DNA from: Limisphaerales bacterium
Lineage (GTDB): Bacteria; Patescibacteriota; Microgenomatia; UBA1400; PJMF01
Direction: 5' to 3'
DNA: 64,000 bases
NCBI GenBank assembly: GCA_044350895.1
Contig: JBILGT010000003.1
Location: 10,671-74,670 of the forward strand
A program made the position numbers and the translations under genes. A model generated the notes under the pieces. That model saw nothing but the letters and a program-made list of their open reading frames with translations, was not told where the DNA came from and made no database searches. Numbering within the stretch: the stretch's first letter is position 1; every line of letters starts with the position of its first letter. Positions 18,330-26,491 of the stretch are shown here, in pieces.

Positions 18330-18519
18330 GACCATTATTATAGCATTTATTTACATGTTGTAAAGGGATACTTGCCTTGTATTTTTACTAGTACTACTAT
18401 ACCTGAGATACAACATGCTCCACAATGCAAACGCATGAATATTTGTTGTGTCTTTGTGCCTTTGCACTCCTGAGAGAGTATGCATATAATACCTATTTAT
18501 AACTTCAAAGGTTTTTCGT

Positions 18520-19173
18520 ATGTCACAAACAACTGATGGTCACTTTGTGTATAAGAATATTACTGTTTCTGGTTTGCCTGGATCAGGATCAACAACGTTG
18601 TTAAATAAATTACGTGACCATTCTGAATTGAAGTTTCATGGTTGGACTGGATTTAGTGGTGGTGAGTTCATGCGCTCCTATGCAGCTGAGAAAGGTTTGC
18701 TTGATCAGAACGGCAAATTGCATCATACAGCTGAGGCATATGGGGAAGACTTTGATCGTGAAGTTGATTATGGAATGAGAACTCGACTTTCCCAAGAGAA
18801 GCACTGGATTCTTGAATCATGGCTCTCAGGATTTATGGCACAAGGTGTGCCAGGTACATTTAAGATTTTAATGATTTGTAGCAATATGGCGGTAAAGGTG
18901 GATCGTATTGTCAACCGCGATCACGTTACTCCAGATCTCGCACTTGAACATATGAATCATCGATATAAGGCGAATGTGGCGAAATGGCGTCGTATGTACA
19001 AACAAGAATGGCACGATTGGGTGGTCAAAACGGGAAAAGCGGATGAGAGTGATCCAATTGATTTTTGGCAGCCAAATTTATACGATATAGTCATAGACAC
19101 ATATTCCACCAACCAGACTGAGTCCCTGGAACAAGTATTACATGCCATCACTTCAAAAAACACAAACCAATGA
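18520..19173 (+). CDS. cmk: Cytidylate kinase (archaeal-type / CMP kinase-like)
   Basis: ITVSGLPGSGSTT P-loop, SGGEFMR, DREVD, ESWLSG, YDIVIDT. Confidence 0.8.
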   Translation: MSQTTDGHFVYKNITVSGLPGSGSTTLLNKLRDHSELKFHGWTGFSGGEFMRSYAAEKGLLDQNGKLHHTAEAYGEDFDREVDYGMRTRLSQEKHWILESWLSGFMAQGVPGTFKILMICSNMAVKVDRIVNRDHVTPDLALEHMNHRYKANVAKWRRMYKQEWHDWVVKTGKADESDPIDFWQPNLYDIVIDTYSTNQTESLEQVLHAITSKNTNQ

Positions 19174-19840
19174 TCGAGTGGTAGCCCTTGCAAAGCAGTC
19201 ACATGTTGTATTCTATCCGTTACTTTGCTTGACATTAATACTGTGGATTTTATATAGATCGTTATTTACCTTTCCCGTTTGGTTTGATGAAATTATTGGA
19301 AAAGCACTCTTCTTTGGGCTTCCGGTGTGGTTATACATCACCGTAGCTGGGTCCAAGAAAATCACTGAAACACTTTCCATGCGTAAGCTCCAACCAGGAG
19401 TTTTACTGGGTTTAGCAATGGGTGGTATCTTTGGATTCATAACTACACTGCTGGCACTCCTTGCCAAGGATTCCCAAATTGAAGCGGTGGCACTGTTTAA
19501 CTCATCACGCTTTTGGGGTGAATTTATTCTGGCACTGTTCACTGCTTTTTGGGAAACTTTGTTATTTTTTAGTTTTGCTCTGACCGTGATTCAAGAAAAA
19601 TATGAAAACTGGTCTGAAAGTTCTCAAGCACTGCTTACCGCAGGAATTTTCCTTATTTTTCACATTCCCAACATTATCATTCGATTCCATGGCTCAGTTG
19701 AGACGATGGTGTTGCAAGCACTGTTGTTATTTCTTTTTGCATTAGGTCAATCATTTGTGTTTATTGGGCGGCGAAATACATATGCCCTTATTCTTTCCCA
19801 TGCTATCTGGGGAATGGTCTTACTCGTTCATAGCTGGTAA
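19142..19840 (+). CDS. CPBP/Abi (CAAX) family intramembrane protease
   Basis: Multi-TM; WETLLF, FLIFH and LILSHAIW motifs. Confidence 0.7.
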   Translation: MPSLQKTQTNDRVVALAKQSHVVFYPLLCLTLILWILYRSLFTFPVWFDEIIGKALFFGLPVWLYITVAGSKKITETLSMRKLQPGVLLGLAMGGIFGFITTLLALLAKDSQIEAVALFNSSRFWGEFILALFTAFWETLLFFSFALTVIQEKYENWSESSQALLTAGIFLIFHIPNIIIRFHGSVETMVLQALLLFLFALGQSFVFIGRRNTYALILSHAIWGMVLLVHSW

Positions 19841-19876
19841 ATGCGTGTACAATACGGTCTTCGTGATCTATTATTT

Positions 19877-20422
19877 ATGACAAATTTTGCGCAGAAAAGT
19901 TTATCTTTTGGACTCTTTGCCTTCGGCACATTGATCCTCGCTACCTCATTAATTGCAGCCAATAAAGCCTCAACAGGTGATACCAGTCGGTTAATGGGCC
20001 AAAAAGTCTACATGGGCAGAACCATACTGCCTGATCACTTATTGTATCCAGCTGTAATGATTGGTGATCGCATCAAGCTACAAATGGCACCTCACGAAGA
20101 GTCAATTCTTCTCCAAGTAGAATACTCAGACCGCCGCTATCGATATGCTGCTGAGTTACTGCATAAAGGACAGCCACAGTTGGCATTTACTACCCTTACA
20201 AAGTCTCAAAAGTACTTATTGATGGCAAGCAATGAAGTTTTAGTTGACCCTTCCAAAGTTGATAAAAAAACAATCATGACTGTTCGTGATGCCTTAGATC
20301 ACTCAATTTATAGACTCGAAAAATTTAAGTCAGATGAAGCCAATGCAGATGCTTCCGCGATTGATCAGCTTATTTTAGAAAGCAAAGTTTTACTCCAAAA
20401 TATTACTGCCGCACTTGAATAG
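19877..20422 (+). CDS. DUF5667-like protein
   Basis: N-terminal TM; ILPDHLLYP..DRI...YSDRR pattern. Confidence 0.6.
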   Translation: MTNFAQKSLSFGLFAFGTLILATSLIAANKASTGDTSRLMGQKVYMGRTILPDHLLYPAVMIGDRIKLQMAPHEESILLQVEYSDRRYRYAAELLHKGQPQLAFTTLTKSQKYLLMASNEVLVDPSKVDKKTIMTVRDALDHSIYRLEKFKSDEANADASAIDQLILESKVLLQNITAALE

Positions 20423-20493
20423 AAATGTGCTAGTTTGATTGGTTGACAGTATGCCCTCCCGCGTGAGATTCTTTATATCCTCCGTTACATAAA

Positions 20494-20541
20494 ACACAAC
20501 ATTTTGTGTCTTACACAACGGATAAGCACAATTTACTGTGG
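20494..20541 (+). promoter_or_regulatory. Tandem NrdR boxes
   Basis: ACACAACATTTTGTGT (20494-20509) and GCACAATTTACTGTGG (20526-20541), 32 bp apart, upstream of nrdR-nrdJ. Confidence 0.8.
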
Positions 20542-20555
20542 TTTAGAAAAATTCT

Positions 20556-21017
20556 ATGAAGTGTCCGTATTGCGGTAAGACTGAGACGTCTGTCGTTGAC
20601 TCACGCGAAGCCGAAGATGTCACTAGTATCCGTCGACGGCGCCACTGCACAGAATGTGGCAAACGATTTACTACGTATGAACGGGTGGAAGGCATTGACC
20701 TTAAAGTCATTAAAAAAAATGGCACTAAGGAAGCTTTTAGCCGCGAAAAACTACGCCGAGGAATTGTTAAAGCCACTTGGAAGCGCCCTGTCTCAATGAG
20801 TCTTGTTGAGGCACTACTTGATGAAGTAGAGCGCAAGTTGCGACAAAAAGAAGTTTGCGAAGTGAAGAGTTGGGAAATTGGTAACTTGGTCATTAACCGC
20901 CTTAAGCGAATTGATCCACTTTCCTATCTTTTATTTGCCAGCGTGTACCGCGATTTTGAAAGTATTGAAGACTTTGAAGTAGAAATTACACGGCTTAAAG
21001 ATCCGATAGCTGAATAG
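20556..21017 (+). CDS. nrdR: Transcriptional repressor NrdR
   Basis: MKCPYC, VVDSR, RRRRHC..C..RFTTYE, ATP cone, FASVYRDF. Confidence 0.97.
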   Translation: MKCPYCGKTETSVVDSREAEDVTSIRRRRHCTECGKRFTTYERVEGIDLKVIKKNGTKEAFSREKLRRGIVKATWKRPVSMSLVEALLDEVERKLRQKEVCEVKSWEIGNLVINRLKRIDPLSYLLFASVYRDFESIEDFEVEITRLKDPIAE

Positions 21018-21033
21018 AAAAGGAGAATACAGT

Positions 21034-23238
21034 ATGTCACCAGCACTGCCAAAGAAAAAAATGCACTTCACCAACAGAAAATTGGATGGGGGAATGGGAA
21101 TGGCAGTGGCTCGCCGCACCTATTTGCGCCGTGTTATTGATGCCAAAACAGGCTATGAGCGTTGGGAAACATGGGAAGAAGTGGCAGAGCGTGTGGCATT
21201 GGGAAATACTAGTTTGCTGGGATACAGCAAAGATAAAAAATGGGACAAACACAGAAAAGAAGACTACTCCATTTTAAAAAAGCACATTAGTAATGGTTCA
21301 ATCTTGATGTCAGGTAGACATCTCCAACACGGTGATCTCACTCAGTCAGAGCGCAATATGGAAGTTTTCACCAATTGTTCTACAGCTACCAGTTCATATA
21401 TTTTGTTTTACCTCTTAATGAATGGATCTGGAGTAGGTCGTCCATATGATGATGATTTGTGTGTGGTCAACTGGGATAATGTTCCTAATGTACGGTGTGT
21501 GATTGATGATTCTCATGCTGACTTTGTCTGGGGATTTGACGAAAGTGTCCGCGACGCCAAGCACAAATATGGCGACAGTGACAGTGTGCACTGGTTTGAA
21601 GTGCCTGATAGTCGTGAAGGCTGGTCTCAAGCCATTGAGATGATGGAAGTCATGGCATTTGAAAAGAAGTTCAAAGATGACATCTTAATTTTAGACTTTT
21701 CTAAAGTTCGTCCAAAAGGTGCCCCAATTAAAGGTATGCAAGATCGTCCTTCTTCTGGTCCAAAGCCATTGATGAACGGTATTGAAAAAGTGGCCACCAT
21801 CAAAGGTGCTGGCATGTCTCCATGGAAACAAGCGATGTTTGTTGATCACTATCTGGCAGAATGTGTGCTCGTGGGTGGTGCACGCCGCAGTGCTCGTATT
21901 GCTACCAAAGCCTGGAACGATCCTGAAATTTTTGACTTCATCAACATCAAACGTGGTGGCTTCTTATGGAGTGCCAATAACTCAGTGGCAGTGGATGATA
22001 AATTCTGGAAGCAACGCACCAATCATGCGCGCAAAGTGCTGAGCACAATTTTGAAAGCTGCGTATGAAGATGGCACTGGTGAGCCAGGCTTTGTGAATCA
22101 ACACCGTCTTGTTCAGAATGATGATGGTTTTGATGACTATGCAGACGGCAAATATGCTGAAAGCAAAAAATACAAACCACTCGCTCGCACAGAAAAAATG
22201 CTCTCTCGCATTGCTCGCAATGCCAGTGCAAAGGTGTACACCCAGATTCCCAACCCATGTGGTGAAATTTCACTCAACATGCTTGGTGGCTACTGTGTCA
22301 TCTCAGATGTGGTGCCGTACTATGCCCCTACAATTGACGATGCTGAAGAGGCATTCAGAGCAACCACCCGCGCACTGATTCGCGTTAACAGTTTCATGGA
22401 TAGTTTGTACAACCGTGAAGTCAAACGAACCAACCGTATTGGTGTTGGTATGACTGGTATTCATGAATTTGCTTGGAACATGTTCGGCTATGCATTTAGA
22501 GATTTGATTGATGAAGAGAAGACCAAAGACTTTTGGTTGACACTATCTCGTTTCAAACGTGCTGTCGTGGAAGAAGCTGAGAGCTATTCAAAACTGCTCA
22601 AGGTCAATGTGCCACACACCAATACAACGATCAAGCCGTCTGGTACGATCTCCAAGCTCTTTGCTTTGACTGAAGGTGCGCATCTTCCGTCAATGCGTGA
22701 GTACATTCGCTGGGTACAGTATCGATCAGATGACCCACAGGTCGAGAAGTACAAGAAAAAAGGCTATCCAGTTAAAGAACTGAAAAGCTATCAAGGTTCC
22801 ACTGTGGTTGGCTTCCCAACTCAGCCGCTCATCTGCCGCCTTGGCATGAATGGCCAGCTCGTTACTGCTGGAGAAGCTACTCCAGAAGAACAGTACAAGT
22901 GGTTGATGCTGCTTGAGAAATACTGGATTGTGGGTGTTGATGAACAAGGAAATCCAATGGAAGACACTGGTAACCAAGTTTCGTACACACTCAAGTACGA
23001 TCCTAAAAAAGTCAGCTTCAAAGAGTTCAACACCATGGTTAACAAATACCAAGGTTTGATCAAATGCTGCTCTGTGATGCCACAACAAGACAGTACCGCG
23101 TATGAGTATCAGCCTGAACAACCAGTCACTATCAGTGAGTTCATGAAAGTTCTTGATGAAATTGAGAGTGATGAATCATTGCTTGAAGACATCGATTACG
23201 AACATCTCAAATGTGAGAGTGGTGCCTGTCCTATTTAA
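21034..23238 (+). CDS. nrdJ: Class II (adenosylcobalamin-dependent) ribonucleotide reductase
   Basis: TNC, GGARRSA, NPCGEI, RIGVGMTG, TIKPSGT, C-terminal CESGACP; no beta or activase gene adjacent. Confidence 0.9.
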   Translation: MSPALPKKKMHFTNRKLDGGMGMAVARRTYLRRVIDAKTGYERWETWEEVAERVALGNTSLLGYSKDKKWDKHRKEDYSILKKHISNGSILMSGRHLQHGDLTQSERNMEVFTNCSTATSSYILFYLLMNGSGVGRPYDDDLCVVNWDNVPNVRCVIDDSHADFVWGFDESVRDAKHKYGDSDSVHWFEVPDSREGWSQAIEMMEVMAFEKKFKDDILILDFSKVRPKGAPIKGMQDRPSSGPKPLMNGIEKVATIKGAGMSPWKQAMFVDHYLAECVLVGGARRSARIATKAWNDPEIFDFINIKRGGFLWSANNSVAVDDKFWKQRTNHARKVLSTILKAAYEDGTGEPGFVNQHRLVQNDDGFDDYADGKYAESKKYKPLARTEKMLSRIARNASAKVYTQIPNPCGEISLNMLGGYCVISDVVPYYAPTIDDAEEAFRATTRALIRVNSFMDSLYNREVKRTNRIGVGMTGIHEFAWNMFGYAFRDLIDEEKTKDFWLTLSRFKRAVVEEAESYSKLLKVNVPHTNTTIKPSGTISKLFALTEGAHLPSMREYIRWVQYRSDDPQVEKYKKKGYPVKELKSYQGSTVVGFPTQPLICRLGMNGQLVTAGEATPEEQYKWLMLLEKYWIVGVDEQGNPMEDTGNQVSYTLKYDPKKVSFKEFNTMVNKYQGLIKCCSVMPQQDSTAYEYQPEQPVTISEFMKVLDEIESDESLLEDIDYEHLKCESGACPI

Positions 23239-23405
23239 TGCAACGTGTGCATGGTAGTACAATAAAAGTGAAATAATTATCTGTGATAAATGAACTTTTA
23301 TTACAGTTACAACAGTGATGAATCTGTACATCTCAGAAAGATACAGTTTATCACTGTTGTGTTTTGTATCAATTTCTTACACACTAAGTAAGGAAGCAGA
23401 AGCAT

Positions 23406-26111
23406 ATGTCAGAAACACCACAACCACAGCAAGAAGCATTACCTCAACAAGAAAGTAAGTCATTGGAAGAAGCTCGAAAACTGATGGCTCATGTTGCAAG
23501 TGAATTAAGTCAAGCCAATGCTGAAGTAGAAGCAGGAAAATTTGCAGAAGCAAAAGCTCGTTTAGAGAAAGTAGATAAACATTATACTGAAGAAGATAAA
23601 AAACTAGAGCCTGGAGTGATGGATACTCAGGAGATGAAAGCTGCCTACGACGCAAATGTTAGATTATTTAGAGCCCTAAACGGTAGAGTCAATAAAGGCT
23701 TGGCAGCAGCTACTGAACAAGCTCCACAACAACCTATAGCTAATGAAGCCCCTAGTCCAGATGCAACTATTGCCACCGAAACAGTAAACACTGACGCTCC
23801 CGCTACTGATGGCGAGGTAATTGAGGGAGTAGTAACAGGTGCAGAGCCAGCTAATTCAGTTACCACTGATCAAGTTGCTACTCAAAATGGAACGACAGGT
23901 GATAGGCCAGGAGGCTCTACATTAGACGAGATCAGAGCAGACAATGATGTGATATTCGGAGATGGAGCGGGCGATAAAATGGTCGCCGAATTGCAAGCTC
24001 AAATTAATGCGGATCAAGCCCAAGGTGATGGAGCAGCTTCACAAACTACTGAGGCCCCAGTCGCCGATGTTATTACAGAATCACCGGTAGCTGATGCGAT
24101 CCCAGCTGCACCAACAACAGATACGACACAACCTGCGGAATCAGCAACTCCTGGAGCTGTTGCTAACGCCGCTGAAGCCCCAGCCGTAAACCCAGAACGA
24201 GCAGCATTGCAAGCTCGCGTGACTGAAAGAGTCCAAGGCACTTTAAATAGAATCAACGACAGATTTAATAACTTACCAGCGGATCAACGCGCAACTTTAG
24301 AGCAAGTAATGGTAACCGACATGATGCTCCGTATGGACAGGCTTCACGCAACTGGTCGTCCTGTAACCACAGGTGACGAGCGCATGAATATCATGGCAGC
24401 AATAATGGGTACATTGCATGATAGGAACTTGATTCCTGGTCAACAGTTAAATTGGCTGGGTAACGATGCCTTTAGTAGTTTGATGGATCAGACCATGAAT
24501 GGATATTATGGTAGAAATACCTTCAATACAGGAGATGTATATACAGATGGTAGAATGCAATATAGGGGTGGACGTATGATAGAACGCGCAGGAGCACAAC
24601 ACACGCCAACAACTCAACCAACAGAATCGGCGACTCCGGCGTCGAATCAAGAACAACGGCCAGCAGGACAGGTAGTAGAACAAACAACTGCACAACCTGA
24701 ACGGAATGGTCGTATAAGAGGATTTGTTCGAGGAATTCAAGACTGGTGGGCAAGAACAGGCAATGGCGCTCCAGCAGCTGAAGTACTACCTGCAATTGCA
24801 CCTACTACAGCAAGAACAGCTGAAGCTCCCTCTGTTGCTCCAGCAGCCGCAGAAGCAGGCGCTACAACAACCCCAGCGCCTACTGAAGCCGCCACAGCTA
24901 CTGCAGCACCTGTAGCAACAGAATCAAACCCAGCTACTGATGTAGCTGAAACAAATATAGGTGAACTCACCGCAGAACAAATTGCAGAAGCCATTGCTAA
25001 AAACTCTGCAAATCGTACGGGTGAAAATGATGAACGAAAAGATGATGGAACACCACCACCTCCAGAAGCCCCAGCTCCAGCAGCAATGCTGGCTCGGTTG
25101 CATGAAGTTGAAGGTGCTATAAAAGAAATGCCAGCAGATACTATTGAAGGCATTTCTGATGAACAGCTGGAACAGCTGGCTGAAGCAGCTGACATCCTAT
25201 TTACTCTAGATCATGATGAAGCGTTTCAAGCAGATGCAACTCAAGAGAATTTTGCATTGATGGATGCAATTACTCAGTTGATTCGTCAAGCATATGAACA
25301 TCAAATGGATTATTTAGCTCAAGAACAAGATCATACATATGATCAGAGATGTGAAAGGATTGCTCTCTTAGTTGAAATGACAGCACCTGCAATGCAACCT
25401 GAATTGGCAGATAGCGGTGATGCTGATCAAATGGATAGATTCATCCAACAAATTATTAATGAAAAAATTGGTCCGCGCCCACGTGCCGCGCGGCAGAACA
25501 AAGATCGTGCAGAGTGGCGTGAAAAAGTACGGGAAGTCAGAGTACGACGACTTGATTCTCAACAAGCACAACGTGAAGGAGAATTAAAAGGAAAAACCAA
25601 AGAATATATAATTCGTAAAGCAATGGAAGCTGTTGATGCAATTGATAATGCAGCTGTAATTGTTCGCACACTCGATATCCGAACACAAAGAGTTCTTGAA
25701 AATCTTGAGGCTCGACTTGAGACGCGTCTTGATGAATTAGCCGCTAGTGGTATTGAGTTTACCAATCAGCTTGCAGGAGCAGGAGATCAGCTTACTGAAG
25801 GGCTACTCGTTCTAGGTGCAGATGTGAGCACAGTAGTAGAACAATTCATATTTGTTGATGCAGGAGAAATCTGGGACAAAAAGTGGGATCAAAGCAAGCG
25901 TTGGTTGGGAACTCCAGTACGTTTTGCAGCAGAGAAAGTTAAGGAATTCAGAGCAAACAGACGCCAAAAATTAGAAAAAGCAGAACAAAAGAAAGCTGAA
26001 AACAGAGCTGTAGCACGATCTAATTACCAGACTATAAATACCGAACGCCGCCGCAGAGCTGAAACACCAGGAGCAGTAAGAACACAATTACAAAGATTGC
26101 GTGATCAATAA
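23406..26111 (+). CDS. Hypothetical 901-aa Ala/Thr/Pro/Glu-rich protein with coiled coils
   Basis: Long ORF with SD-like AAGGA; no recognisable domain. Confidence 0.8.
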   Translation: MSETPQPQQEALPQQESKSLEEARKLMAHVASELSQANAEVEAGKFAEAKARLEKVDKHYTEEDKKLEPGVMDTQEMKAAYDANVRLFRALNGRVNKGLAAATEQAPQQPIANEAPSPDATIATETVNTDAPATDGEVIEGVVTGAEPANSVTTDQVATQNGTTGDRPGGSTLDEIRADNDVIFGDGAGDKMVAELQAQINADQAQGDGAASQTTEAPVADVITESPVADAIPAAPTTDTTQPAESATPGAVANAAEAPAVNPERAALQARVTERVQGTLNRINDRFNNLPADQRATLEQVMVTDMMLRMDRLHATGRPVTTGDERMNIMAAIMGTLHDRNLIPGQQLNWLGNDAFSSLMDQTMNGYYGRNTFNTGDVYTDGRMQYRGGRMIERAGAQHTPTTQPTESATPASNQEQRPAGQVVEQTTAQPERNGRIRGFVRGIQDWWARTGNGAPAAEVLPAIAPTTARTAEAPSVAPAAAEAGATTTPAPTEAATATAAPVATESNPATDVAETNIGELTAEQIAEAIAKNSANRTGENDERKDDGTPPPPEAPAPAAMLARLHEVEGAIKEMPADTIEGISDEQLEQLAEAADILFTLDHDEAFQADATQENFALMDAITQLIRQAYEHQMDYLAQEQDHTYDQRCERIALLVEMTAPAMQPELADSGDADQMDRFIQQIINEKIGPRPRAARQNKDRAEWREKVREVRVRRLDSQQAQREGELKGKTKEYIIRKAMEAVDAIDNAAVIVRTLDIRTQRVLENLEARLETRLDELAASGIEFTNQLAGAGDQLTEGLLVLGADVSTVVEQFIFVDAGEIWDKKWDQSKRWLGTPVRFAAEKVKEFRANRRQKLEKAEQKKAENRAVARSNYQTINTERRRRAETPGAVRTQLQRLRDQ

Positions 26112-26121
26112 AGGAGTAAGT

Positions 26122-26430
26122 ATGCCCAATAAGCAAGCGATTAAGGATCAATTCCAATCACTGAATATTATTCCTGAAGTTAAAGAACAAATTTTTAAAC
26201 GGTTAGAAATATATTCTGAGGAGCTGACAGAAGCACAGCTGGTTGATTTTGAGACATTCTTAGATGACGTTGCAGTCCGTGAAGAAAAAGTGCTGGGACT
26301 TCTTGATGATTATCTTGAAAAAGTTGAGAATATAGTAAAGGAAGATGACCTCAAAATGGAACAAACTCTTGACGCAATCAATGCCAAAGCAGAAGCTCTT
26401 AAAGCCAAAGCTCAAGCACTCGCTCAATAA
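26122..26430 (+). CDS. Hypothetical acidic helical protein
   Basis: SD AAGGAG before ATG 26122. Confidence 0.75.
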   Translation: MPNKQAIKDQFQSLNIIPEVKEQIFKRLEIYSEELTEAQLVDFETFLDDVAVREEKVLGLLDDYLEKVENIVKEDDLKMEQTLDAINAKAEALKAKAQALAQ

Positions 26431-26491
26431 GTCACTGCAAAAAACAGGATATCAGTTCCAGCCAGTTTATCTGTATACTGATATGTAGTGT

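Larger units (their letters stand above)
16526..18376 (-). mobile_element. IS1595-family insertion sequence (1851 bp) with passenger genes
   Basis: Terminal inverted repeats GGCAAGTATCCCTT-N4-ACATGTA (21/25 match) at 16526-16550 and 18352-18376; 8-bp target duplication TTGTATTT at 16518-16525 and 18377-18384; internal transposase. Confidence 0.95.

Noticed and set aside
20423-23400. Cobalamin riboswitch near nrdJ
   Set aside because: No B12-box consensus seen; the upstream region is explained by NrdR boxes
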